IMG/VR virus record: IMGVR_UViG_3300005573_001079 | Span: 62,001-126,000 of that record | Length of the DNA: 64,000 bases | Strand: one strand, 5' to 3' | DNA from: an uncultured virus (IMG/VR IMGVR_UViG_3300005573_001079) | Taxonomy: Duplodnaviria; Heunggongvirae; Uroviricota; Caudoviricetes | Shown here: piece by piece, positions 19,900-29,176 of the stretch | How positions within the stretch are numbered: the first letter of the stretch is position 1 | How the letters are laid out: every line of letters starts with the position of its first letter | Position numbers and translations under genes: made by a program | The notes under the pieces: generated by a model | What the model was told of the DNA's origin: nothing | Seen by the model: the letters and a program-made list of their open reading frames with translations, nothing else | Databases searched by the model: none

Positions 19900-21537
19900 T
19901 CAAGATTGCGCTGACTGAGTAAAAAGTCTATCAATATAATCTTTCTCTTCGTCTGATAAAGATATAATACCTTTAGTAGTCAAAAACATACCCGCAACAG
20001 AAACTGCGTTTTCTAAAGAAAGTCTTGTTACTTTTACAGGATCAATCACTCCTATTTCAAATAAATCCCCAAAAGTATTATTCAAAACATCATACCCAAA
20101 ATTTATATTTTTAGAGTCTAAAACTTCTTTTAAAATCGCATCTCCTTTTAATCCTGCATTCTCACATATACTTAGAAAAGGAATCTCTAAAGAATTATAC
20201 AAAATATTTATCCCTATTTTTTGATCCTCAATGCTTCCTTTAACAAACTTTACGTCACTTAAATCTTTCAAAACTTCTCTTGCTCTTAACAAAGCTACCC
20301 CGCCTCCTGCGACAATACCTTCTTCTAATGCCGCGGACGTTGCATGTAATGCATCTTCTATCCGCATTTTCTTTTCTTTTAATTCAGTTTCTGTAAATGC
20401 ACCTACTCTTAATACAACAATGCCTCCTGTTAACTTACCTAATCTCTCTCTTAATTTTTGTTTATCATATTCTATTTCCGTGTTATTAATTTGTGTCTTT
20501 ATTTGTTCAATAGTTTCTTGAATCTTTTTTGGATCTCCTTTTCCTCCGAAAATAATAGTTCTATCTTTACTAACAACAACTTTTTCTGCTTTCCCTAAAA
20601 TAGAAGTAGTAGCTTGAGTTATAGGAACAACATCTCCAAACACAGTCCCTCCAGTAAAAACAGCGATATCATTAAGCAAGTCTGTTCTTCTGTCTCCATA
20701 TCCAGGAGATAATACTGCACAACAATTCAAAACCCCTTTAACACTATTCAACAATAATAATTTGAGTATGTCATCACTAAAATCATTTGCAATTACTAAT
20801 AAAGAAGAATTTCCTTTATGATACACCTCTTCCATTATTTGTTTTAAGTACATATTATTAAGAATATCATTATATATCAATATATAACAATTTTTTAATT
20901 CTACTTCCATACTATCTTTTTTATTAATAAATCCTATTGATTTATATCCTCGATCAAACTGCATTCCCTCCGCAACATCTATGATAGTTTGAGGTCCTTT
21001 ACTCTCTTCTACAATTACAACTCCATCTTCTCCCGCTTTTTCAATAGCATCTGTAATAATTTCTCCTATCTCATAATCATTGTTTGCGGATATACTAGCA
21101 ACATTAATTAAGTCTTCTCTACTTTCTATTTTTCGAGAAATTTCTTGCAAACGACTCACTACCATCTTTACTCCAATATCCATACCTCTTTTCAAATCTA
21201 TAGGATTCGCACCAGCTACTATATTCTTAATACCATAAGTAATCAAAGAATGGGACAATACTGTTGCGGTTGTAGTTCCATCTCCTGCTATTTCATTAGT
21301 TTTTAATGCAGCTTCTTTAACGATCTGAGCTCCTAAATTTTCAATTCCATCTTTAACAAACACTTCTTTTGCAACAGTAACCCCATCTTTAGTAATCAAG
21401 GGAGATAATCCGGGTCTTTCTATAATTACATTATTGCCTTTAGGTCCTAAAGTACATTTTACAATATTTGCTAAATAATCTACACCTTTTTTCAACTTAA
21501 TTAGAGCATCTTCATAAACAATATTTCTTTGTTTCAT
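19900..21537 (-). CDS. groEL: Chaperonin GroEL (phage-encoded)
   Basis: TLGPKG, TKDGVTVAKE, GDGTTTATV, EGMQFDRGY, EEGIVAGGG, GVIDP; no GGM tail. Confidence 0.97.
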   Translation of the reverse strand: MKQRNIVYEDALIKLKKGVDYLANIVKCTLGPKGNNVIIERPGLSPLITKDGVTVAKEVFVKDGIENLGAQIVKEAALKTNEIAGDGTTTATVLSHSLITYGIKNIVAGANPIDLKRGMDIGVKMVVSRLQEISRKIESREDLINVASISANNDYEIGEIITDAIEKAGEDGVVIVEESKGPQTIIDVAEGMQFDRGYKSIGFINKKDSMEVELKNCYILIYNDILNNMYLKQIMEEVYHKGNSSLLVIANDFSDDILKLLLLNSVKGVLNCCAVLSPGYGDRRTDLLNDIAVFTGGTVFGDVVPITQATTSILGKAEKVVVSKDRTIIFGGKGDPKKIQETIEQIKTQINNTEIEYDKQKLRERLGKLTGGIVVLRVGAFTETELKEKKMRIEDALHATSAALEEGIVAGGGVALLRAREVLKDLSDVKFVKGSIEDQKIGINILYNSLEIPFLSICENAGLKGDAILKEVLDSKNINFGYDVLNNTFGDLFEIGVIDPVKVTRLSLENAVSVAGMFLTTKGIISLSDEEKDYIDRLFTQSAQS

Positions 21538-21579
21538 AACAAAGATTTCTCCTTAATTTATTAAAAACTAAACAAACTA

Positions 21580-22089
21580 TTATTTTTTGTTTCTCATTTC
21601 TTTAGATAATTCTTCTAAAAGAATTTTAGAAAAAGCAATAATCTCTTTAGCTGCATCTCTTCTAATAGAATCTCCTCCTTTAGCTAATTGAGAAGGATGA
21701 AAATGAGAAACATAAGTAGCATAAAAAGACCCAGCAGTATTAAAAATAAACTCTTTAAGCTCCTCAATGGATAAAGAAAAACTGCTCGAGGACGGAACCT
21801 CTATCTTACTTTCAAATTCAGTTGTTGTAGTATTAGAAAATTGATTTTTATACTCTTCCATTTCTTCTACATCTTCATCATCATCGTCTAAATAATTATC
21901 TACATCATCTTCATCTATAACTTCATCATCTATAACTTCATCATCTAAATAAATATCATCTAAATCTGAGTTAGTTGCTTTGGCTTTTTCCTCTAAAAAA
22001 GCATCATTTTTTAACTCTGTCTGAGAAGGCTTAACATCTTTCTGTAAAATGTTCTTCCTTTCTCCTACTGTTATTTTTCCCATAGTCAT
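21580..22089 (-). CDS. Acidic hypothetical protein
   Basis: D/E-rich tract; 15-bp tandem repeat at 21911-21947 (DDEVI). Confidence 0.6.
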   Translation of the reverse strand: MTMGKITVGERKNILQKDVKPSQTELKNDAFLEEKAKATNSDLDDIYLDDEVIDDEVIDEDDVDNYLDDDDEDVEEMEEYKNQFSNTTTTEFESKIEVPSSSSFSLSIEELKEFIFNTAGSFYATYVSHFHPSQLAKGGDSIRRDAAKEIIAFSKILLEELSKEMRNKK

Positions 22090-22117
22090 TCTCCTTTAAT
22101 TTATTAATAAAAATAAG

Positions 22118-24721
22118 TTATTTATGAAATTCAAACTTTTCTCTTAACATTTCTCTAATAATGCTCCAATCTTTAGTTAAATCTACCTCAACTAAAGACC
22201 CCCAAGATTTTCCTATTTTAATTTCTGGAGATAAAGGAACAATTAAATCAGAAACTTCGGGATTCAACATTTTATTATACAAAAGTTTAGAAACGAATTC
22301 TAATTCATCATCTGGAACATTAAATACTAAAGAATCATATACAGTTAAGACAAGTCTTGATCTCAAGCTTCTTTTTCTTATCTCTCTAAATACTTTTACG
22401 CAAGACAAAAATGTTAAATCAGAAGCAGCACTCTGTATAGGGCTATTTATTGATTGTCTTTCTGCTTCTGCTCTTAGACCTTGATTCGAACTATTTATAT
22501 TTAAAAGTCTCCTCCTTCTTCCAAATAAATTAACAACATATCCATCTCTCTTTGCTAAAGCGGTGGTTACTGCAAGCCATTTCTTTGCTACTTTATATCG
22601 ATTAAAAAAAGTATCAATAATACGTTGAGCTAATGAAGGAGAAACTCCTAATTGTTCTGATACACTCTTCGCACCTCTCCCATACATTATTCCAAATATT
22701 ATCAACTTCGTATCTTGTCTTTCTGCTTTTGTAACATCTTTCGTAATTTCTAAAAATTCTTCGTATGAAATATCTCTATTAGGTATAGGCACTTTTTTAT
22801 AAGCAGCAGCTGCCATTAATTTATGAATATCTATTCCATTTTGTAAATCTCTTAAAGCTTGTGGATCTTTACTGTAATTAATCCATATTCTAAATTCTGC
22901 TTGACCTTGGTCTACTTCTACTAACCAATCTGACGTTCCATCCTCATAACGATCCGCACAAAAAATATCTTTAATATCCTCTGCAGTTCCAGTACGCGGA
23001 ATGTTATTTAAATTAGGATTTCTAGAACTCGGTCTACCAGTAACTGTCCCAAACAATAAATAATCTGTATGAACTTTATCTCCTACTAATCTTTTCTTAA
23101 TACCATCAAGAAAAGTACTTTTAAGATGAGACAAAGTACGATATTTTGCTAAGTATTCGCAAAACTTATTAGCTTTAGAATACTCTAATAATACTTCGTC
23201 ATCTAAACTAGGATTATTCTTAACAGTAGTTTTTATTATAGGTAACTTCATCTTCTCTATAAGAAGTTCTTTTAATTGTTTAGGAGAATTAATGTTAAAA
23301 ACAAATCTTGTTTCCTCTTTCTTAAACTCTAAATAATCTTCAAAATTAGGAAATCTTTTTTGTAAAAAAGCAGAACTTTCCCATTTTTCATATAGTTCTT
23401 TTATTTTTTCATTAGTCTTTTCTAATTCAAATTGTTTTACCTGAGGTACTTCATAAATTTTTTGTAAATACTCTTCCATTTTCTTTTCATACTTCTCAAT
23501 AGTTTTATTTAAATAATCAATATCTATACTAACCCCGCAAAATTCAGTTTGAATCAAAATTCTCTGCATAGGCATCATTATCTCAAACAATACAAAATCA
23601 AGTTTTTGTTCATATATCTCAGGTAACATTTTGTTATAAGATCTTAAAGTACAATCAACATCTTTAAGAGCATATAGATACAAAATTTCTCCTGGAATAT
23701 CAGAATAATTAGATATTTTATTTTGTAACTTATATTGATTAAGAGGAATATCATATCTTCCTAAATCTGTGTACTTTTCTGAAAGAACTTCCAAACCATG
23801 TGGACTATTTTCATCGAGTAAGTGATCCATCAAAATAGTATCACAATAATAATTATTAACTATAATACCTCGAGATAAAAGAAATTCAATATCAAAAGAT
23901 CCATTATGTGCAATCTTTTTAGAATTATTTTCAAAAACTTCTTTCAACTTATCAAAAATATAATCTTTATCTATTTTTTGTGTTAAAATTCTTAAATCAA
24001 TTAGTACTCCGGTATTCTCCATCCAAGAAAATGTAAGTATAAAAATCTCATCTTTCATAAAATCTAAACCAGTGGTCTCAATATCGAAAGCCCACAAATC
24101 ATTTTCGTGTAATTGAGAAACTAACCAATCAAATTGTGCTAAATTCGTAACAACTTTATAATCAACAGGAGATTCATTTTCTATTTTAATTTTACCTTGC
24201 AAAAAATCTTTTACAGTTCTTAAATCATTAGTAAATTTAGTTCTTTCTTGAGGATTTCTAAGTATATAAGCAGGATGAAATAATGGGATAATCTTACAAT
24301 TATATTCTTCACAATCAAATATCTTACCATGTACTCTTGTTATACCCCCTACTCCTTTTAAAAACTTTTTAAGAGGAGTATTACCTAAAGTAACAATAAC
24401 TTTTGGTTTTAAACTTAAAATATCTTGTTCTAAAAATTCAAAACAGCTTTCAACCTCTTTCGGTAATGGAACTCTATTATCTGGAGGTCTACATGCACAA
24501 ATATTTCCTATAGAAACTTTCTCTCTATCAATACCTACCTCTCTTAAGCACGCATTTAATAAATTTCCAGCATCTCCTACAAAAGGAATGCCTTTCTTGT
24601 CTTCTTCTACTCCAGGAGCTTCTCCTATAAAGAATATCTCCGAACCTTCAACAATTACTGAAGGAACTACTTGTGTCCTATTTTTATATAATTCACATTT
24701 TTGACAATTCAAATCATACAT
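22118..24721 (-). CDS. polA: Family A DNA polymerase with N-terminal family-4 uracil-DNA glycosylase domain and 3'-5' exonuclease
   Basis: UDG: CQKC, GEAPG, CRPPDNR, HPAY. Exo: DIETTG, HNGSFD. Pol: TGRPSS, DQGQAEFR, KLIIFGIMYG, NSPIQS, VYDS. Confidence 0.93.
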   Translation of the reverse strand: MYDLNCQKCELYKNRTQVVPSVIVEGSEIFFIGEAPGVEEDKKGIPFVGDAGNLLNACLREVGIDREKVSIGNICACRPPDNRVPLPKEVESCFEFLEQDILSLKPKVIVTLGNTPLKKFLKGVGGITRVHGKIFDCEEYNCKIIPLFHPAYILRNPQERTKFTNDLRTVKDFLQGKIKIENESPVDYKVVTNLAQFDWLVSQLHENDLWAFDIETTGLDFMKDEIFILTFSWMENTGVLIDLRILTQKIDKDYIFDKLKEVFENNSKKIAHNGSFDIEFLLSRGIIVNNYYCDTILMDHLLDENSPHGLEVLSEKYTDLGRYDIPLNQYKLQNKISNYSDIPGEILYLYALKDVDCTLRSYNKMLPEIYEQKLDFVLFEIMMPMQRILIQTEFCGVSIDIDYLNKTIEKYEKKMEEYLQKIYEVPQVKQFELEKTNEKIKELYEKWESSAFLQKRFPNFEDYLEFKKEETRFVFNINSPKQLKELLIEKMKLPIIKTTVKNNPSLDDEVLLEYSKANKFCEYLAKYRTLSHLKSTFLDGIKKRLVGDKVHTDYLLFGTVTGRPSSRNPNLNNIPRTGTAEDIKDIFCADRYEDGTSDWLVEVDQGQAEFRIWINYSKDPQALRDLQNGIDIHKLMAAAAYKKVPIPNRDISYEEFLEITKDVTKAERQDTKLIIFGIMYGRGAKSVSEQLGVSPSLAQRIIDTFFNRYKVAKKWLAVTTALAKRDGYVVNLFGRRRRLLNINSSNQGLRAEAERQSINSPIQSAASDLTFLSCVKVFREIRKRSLRSRLVLTVYDSLVFNVPDDELEFVSKLLYNKMLNPEVSDLIVPLSPEIKIGKSWGSLVEVDLTKDWSIIREMLREKFEFHK

Positions 24722-24726
24722 AACTT

Positions 24727-25542
24727 TTATTTAACCCAACTTAAAATTTTTTCAATATTATAAACTATACAATTATATTGTTCTGTGTTTAAAACAGTAG
24801 AATCAGAAAAGTTTACTTTTTCTAAAATCTTTTCGCAAGGAAGACCTCTATCAGTATACTTAATACAATGCTTACCATGAATATATGCAGAAGAAGAATC
24901 ATTAGAATGAATCCAATAATAAGAATCTCCTTTATATCTTTGTAACTCTACAGCATCGCTTAGTCCCATTAAATGTGTTGGTTTAACAATCTTTTGTGAA
25001 GATGCTCTTATATATCTATTTATACGATCTACTAAATACCACCTGTTTAAAACTCTTTTTAAAGTTTGACTCTTTATATTATCAGATACTCCTTCAATCT
25101 CAAAATCAAGAGAAAAAGGAAGTCCAATATAAGATATTTTAGAATGGTTGTTCCAAAAGAAAAAAGACCCTATAATTTCATCTACATTTTTTCCTTGAGC
25201 CATTGCTAATATTGGAATATTACAATTTCTAGATGAATGTAATTCAATAAAGTCTAACACCATCTTTTTCGTTTCTGCTGCGTCTTCCCATGCTTCTGGG
25301 GCAACTACTACAGAAACTTGTAAATCTTCTGCAATATCCAATAAAGCATTTGCATCAAAACTTGTTCCTAATTCAAAAATAGAATTATCTAAAATGACAA
25401 AATCTTTTTCACGTATACGCTTTCTATAAAATTCATAATATTTTGAATCCGACTGTAACACATGTGGTAAAATAAGATGGTACTTAGATTTTGTTGCAAA
25501 ATCTTCTAAATAAGAAGTTGGACAAATAATACAATGCTGCAT
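24727..25542 (-). CDS. Divergent TGT/DpdA-like 7-deazaguanine transglycosylase
   Basis: VILDNSIFE (cf. LDSGAF), AMAQG, HLMG, SNDSS: TGT-barrel motifs in the expected order; in the que operon. Confidence 0.65.
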   Translation of the reverse strand: MQHCIICPTSYLEDFATKSKYHLILPHVLQSDSKYYEFYRKRIREKDFVILDNSIFELGTSFDANALLDIAEDLQVSVVVAPEAWEDAAETKKMVLDFIELHSSRNCNIPILAMAQGKNVDEIIGSFFFWNNHSKISYIGLPFSLDFEIEGVSDNIKSQTLKRVLNRWYLVDRINRYIRASSQKIVKPTHLMGLSDAVELQRYKGDSYYWIHSNDSSSAYIHGKHCIKYTDRGLPCEKILEKVNFSDSTVLNTEQYNCIVYNIEKILSWVK

Positions 25543-25557
25543 TTTTCCTCCTGTAGT

Positions 25558-25908
25558 TTAATTATCTCTCTTTAAAGATTCTAAATACTTAGATAGTTTA
25601 TTACTTTCTATATCCATAGAATTTTTAACAAATTTTATTTCTATTATTAAAGATCGTACTAAATTTTTTATAAAAGAAGGGAAAAGAGAAAGTAAAAACA
25701 AAAATCTTACAAACGTAACAAATCCTTGTTTTTCCATCTCAAACATTTGTCTTTCTTTTAAATTCATAACATATATTTCAAGATCCTTTCTTTTTTTATC
25801 CTTTTCTTTTAGATAAGAATTATACCAACGTTGAGAATTCAATAGGAAAGTCATAAATAAAAAGAGAATTAATATAATAATTAATTGTTCCATACAAACA
25901 CCTCGCAA
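25558..25908 (-). CDS. Small membrane protein
   Basis: Two hydrophobic segments. Confidence 0.5.
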   Translation of the reverse strand: MRGVCMEQLIIILILFLFMTFLLNSQRWYNSYLKEKDKKRKDLEIYVMNLKERQMFEMEKQGFVTFVRFLFLLSLFPSFIKNLVRSLIIEIKFVKNSMDIESNKLSKYLESLKRDN

Positions 25909-26543
25909 TCTTTAAATTCTATAATATTTTTAGAAATTTCTGAAACTTTATTTTTAATATACAAAGTAGAAAAAAAATAAACATTTCCATACTCGTCTTC
26001 CCCTCTATACAATATCTTGTTTTTCATAAATGCATATAAAGAAGAATTAAAGCAATCTAAACAAATACAAGCGGCTTCTCCGTCAATAACAGAAAGAACA
26101 TCCTTGATAGCGTCTTTTTGTTTTATCTTTTGAGATAAAAACAAATGTAAAAGTCTTACAATCAATTCAGTATCAACCTGTGTATCTTGATAAATATTAT
26201 ATTTTTCTTCGAATAATTTCTTTTGCTTCTCATAATTATACAAAACCCCATTATGTACTAAAGAAAGATTATCAAATGTTATAGGTTGATTATTAGAAAA
26301 ATCAAGACCGAAAATTGCATAACGATTTTGACCAATAATTTTATCTCCTTTCTCTAAAGCCAAATCAAAAGATATATCCCTTGCTCGTATAGGCCACTTA
26401 TAAGTATAAAACTTTTTATTTCTAAGCAAGGTCAATCCAGTTCCATCTTGACCTCTGATATCTGAAGCTTTAAGTAATTTAAAATAAACTTCTGTAGCAA
26501 AAGAAGGATTATTATTAACTATACATCCTGTTATTCCACACAT
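25881..26543 (-). CDS. Class II (Ntn) glutamine amidotransferase, stand-alone
   Basis: Start placed at MCGITG (Cys2 nucleophile); RGQDGTG, NRYA, QP, HNG, DTE. Confidence 0.85.
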   Translation of the reverse strand: MCGITGCIVNNNPSFATEVYFKLLKASDIRGQDGTGLTLLRNKKFYTYKWPIRARDISFDLALEKGDKIIGQNRYAIFGLDFSNNQPITFDNLSLVHNGVLYNYEKQKKLFEEKYNIYQDTQVDTELIVRLLHLFLSQKIKQKDAIKDVLSVIDGEAACICLDCFNSSLYAFMKNKILYRGEDEYGNVYFFSTLYIKNKVSEISKNIIEFKDCEVFVWNN

Positions 26544-27142
26544 ATATCTACACACTCCAATTCTAAATTTTCAATACTGTTAAATACATCTACATTAGGA
26601 CCAGAAAAAAGATAAACACCTTGTTTTAATCCTTTAGTAACTAAATCTTTAATTAAACATACTTCAAAATCCTTTGGTTTCTGTGTCCTTGACAAAGATA
26701 CTTCTTTAAACCACCCTATATCTATATAACAATTTCTAAGAGATGAACGAAGAGGTTTTTCTTTCTTATTAGAAAAAACTAATAATTGTTCAGTACAATT
26801 TCTATATGTATTGCCTAATCCATAATGTAATTTTTTATGAGGAGTTTCTTTTACCCAAGTTATAATAGTTTTATAAACATAGTTATTAAAATTTGTCTTA
26901 AAAACTTCTTCTATCATTGAATTAGTACACCACAAAAATAAATATTTTGTATTTAAAAGACTAAATAAGGTATTTAACCCTTGAACATTATCCCATCTTG
27001 AATAAGTGAGATTATTAGAAATAGCAGGATTTTCTTTATCTTTATAATCCCAAGGAGGATCCACAATAGCAAAATCTTTTTCCGTAGCAGTTTTTAAATA
27101 GTCAACATAATCACTTTTAATTTTTATTACCATTACTCTCAC
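26531..27142 (-). CDS. MT-A70 family N6-adenine (amino) methyltransferase
   Basis: VDPPW, LFLWCT, ITWVK, GLG..YRNCTEQLL, QKP. Confidence 0.85.
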   Translation of the reverse strand: MRVMVIKIKSDYVDYLKTATEKDFAIVDPPWDYKDKENPAISNNLTYSRWDNVQGLNTLFSLLNTKYLFLWCTNSMIEEVFKTNFNNYVYKTIITWVKETPHKKLHYGLGNTYRNCTEQLLVFSNKKEKPLRSSLRNCYIDIGWFKEVSLSRTQKPKDFEVCLIKDLVTKGLKQGVYLFSGPNVDVFNSIENLELECVDICVE

Positions 27143-27190
27143 ACTTTTTTTTTGTTAAACAACTTCTTTTATTAAAAAATCATTCCTATT

Positions 27191-27907
27191 TTAAATACTT
27201 TTGTTTTGCTCCCATTTTTCTAAAACTTCTTTCCATTTATCTTCATTAACTAATGGATCTCTTACACCTGCTTCTATAAACCCTTTTATTCTCAACTTAC
27301 AAGTATCACATTCTAAGCATGGTTCTTCTTCTCCTTTATAACAGCTCCAAGTATATTCATAAGGCACTTTCAAAATATTTCCTATCTCAATAATTTCAGA
27401 CTTATATAAGTGAAGTAAAGGAGTTCTTAATTTTATAGTTCCTCCAGTTGTAGTTTTTTTAGTAGCATTATTTATTAAATTTTGCCACGCTTGTATATAC
27501 TCTGGTCGAGTATCTGGATATCCGCTTGCATCTACTGCAGTAACTCCAGTAAATATAGCATCCGCGTCTATTTCTTCTGCATATTGTAATGCATAAGCAA
27601 TAAATAATGTATTTCTAGCGGGAACATAAGTAACTGGAATTTCTTTACAAATTTCTTCTAGCGATCTTCCTTGTGGAACTTCAATACTATCAGTTAATGC
27701 ACTTCCTTTTGGAGTTGGTAAGTTTATTATTCGATGTTCTTTTACTCCTGCAATTTCTGCCACCCTCTTAGCACATTCAATTTCCTTAGAATGTCTTTGC
27801 CCATATAAAAAGGTTAGAGCATATAATTCGTGTCCTTCTTTTTTTGCAATAAATAGACACGTACTAGAATCTAACCCTCCGCTAAGTATTACAACCGCTT
27901 TTTTCAT
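27191..27907 (-). CDS. queC: 7-cyano-7-deazaguanine (preQ0) synthase
   Basis: SGGLDS, YGQRH, TYVPARN, GYPDTR, WSCY...C..C..C. Confidence 0.96.
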   Translation of the reverse strand: MKKAVVILSGGLDSSTCLFIAKKEGHELYALTFLYGQRHSKEIECAKRVAEIAGVKEHRIINLPTPKGSALTDSIEVPQGRSLEEICKEIPVTYVPARNTLFIAYALQYAEEIDADAIFTGVTAVDASGYPDTRPEYIQAWQNLINNATKKTTTGGTIKLRTPLLHLYKSEIIEIGNILKVPYEYTWSCYKGEEEPCLECDTCKLRIKGFIEAGVRDPLVNEDKWKEVLEKWEQNKSI

Positions 27908-27935
27908 AAAAACCTCCCTTTTATTAATTTATTAC

Positions 27936-27966
27936 AATAAGAGGAAGACATTGTCCTCCTCTTATT
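27936..27966 (-). promoter_or_regulatory. RNA hairpin upstream of queC (possible attenuator, terminator or processing site)
   Basis: Minus strand AATAAGAGGAGGACA-A-TGTCTTCCTCTTATT; 15-nt arms with one G-U pair. Confidence 0.55.
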
Positions 27967-27985
27967 AAGTTAGGAGAAAAAATAA

Positions 27986-28567
27986 TTATTGAACTTGATT
28001 TTCTTTAATATGACTAATTATTAAATTAACTCTTTCCTTTATATCCGTTGTTTTTACTTCTATAAAAGGAATATTAAAATCTTTTAGTATCTTTCTTATT
28101 TTTTTATCCACTAAAAGTCTTCCTTTTTCTTTTCTTATATCATCTTGTACATAAGGAATAATCGGAGGGAAATAAAACAAAAGTATTTTTATTCCTGGTG
28201 TATTAAACAAATTTTTAATAAACTCAATATTTAAAGACTTTAAAAAAGAAGAACTCTTAATTGATAATGTATAAGCTGTTGTACAAATAGGAGTTCTTTC
28301 TGATAATACAACACAACTTTCACTATTAATTCCTTTCCAAAACAAATTCATTAATTGAGAAGTAATTACAATTTGATTATACTCATTACTTTCTACATCA
28401 ATTTTATCATCAATGACTTTTTTTCTAATAAGATCTCTTACAAACTCACTAATTACAAACGTAGAAATTCTCATAGAATCTAACTCTTTCTTCACTTTTT
28501 TTAAAAGAGTTGTTTTTCCAGTACTATTAGTACCAGTAAATAATACTAACAATTTTTGATTAAACAT
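27986..28567 (-). CDS. P-loop nucleotide kinase/ATPase (NadR/AAA_28-like)
   Basis: GTNSTGKTT, SEFVR, SERTPI, DDIR; start at ATG 28567 with RBS. Confidence 0.75.
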   Translation of the reverse strand: MFNQKLLVLFTGTNSTGKTTLLKKVKKELDSMRISTFVISEFVRDLIRKKVIDDKIDVESNEYNQIVITSQLMNLFWKGINSESCVVLSERTPICTTAYTLSIKSSSFLKSLNIEFIKNLFNTPGIKILLFYFPPIIPYVQDDIRKEKGRLLVDKKIRKILKDFNIPFIEVKTTDIKERVNLIISHIKENQVQ

Positions 28568-28606
28568 ATTTATCCCCTTTTCATTTTTTCTATAAATAAA
28601 ATACAA

Positions 28607-29176
28607 TTATAAAAGAAAATATTGCTTCATTTTGTTATACACACCTATTTTGTTTGGAATATGTGCATCTGTAGAATACAAAAAGTTTAATCTTTCTTTA
28701 ACTTCTTTATAAAAATTAACCAAATGTTTTCTTAAATATCTTTCATTCAATTCAACTAAAACATTTTGTGCTAAACAAAATGAAATAAAGTCTTCAATCA
28801 CAAAATCAGAAAGAGGTATTGTCTCTTTATGAAAAGGATGACCTAAATGATGTACTCTTGTAAGTAATGGATAGATACTCTTTAATACTTCTAAATAATG
28901 TAAAGAATCTTTATAAGTATGTAAAGATAAAATTATTTTATAATTTTTCTCTTCTAATTCTTTAATATCCCGTTCCATTTTATTATAATTTGAATTTGAG
29001 CTTAACTCTATCCCTATATTAATCTTACCTCTAAATTCTTCTAATCCTCTTACAAAATCATTTAACCTCATTTGATTTTTATGTATCACCATAATGCCGT
29101 CTGTTATTACATTATTAATATAATAATCATATTGATTATGATAGCGTGGATCATAATGAAAATGATAGTCTTTCAT
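28607..29176 (-). CDS. PHP-family phosphatase (histidinol-phosphatase-like)
   Basis: DYHFH, GIE, SLH, GHP, ELN, STDAH. Confidence 0.75.
   Translation of the reverse strand: MKDYHFHYDPRYHNQYDYYINNVITDGIMVIHKNQMRLNDFVRGLEEFRGKINIGIELSSNSNYNKMERDIKELEEKNYKIILSLHTYKDSLHYLEVLKSIYPLLTRVHHLGHPFHKETIPLSDFVIEDFISFCLAQNVLVELNERYLRKHLVNFYKEVKERLNFLYSTDAHIPNKIGVYNKMKQYFLL

Noticed and set aside
21911..21947. 15-bp tandem repeat as a regulatory or mobile element
   Set aside because: An in-frame duplication within an acidic low-complexity protein tract.
24727..27907. Bacterial Dpd restriction island or QatABCD defence system
   Set aside because: No DpdB-K, QatA ATPase or TatD partners are recognisable, and the context is phage replication genes.
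27908..27966. preQ1-I riboswitch upstream of queC (AGAGG/CCTCT stem plus A-rich tail)
   Set aside because: The loop lacks the conserved UUC-containing sequence and is self-paired into a long hairpin. An Infernal search with the preQ1 models would be decisive.
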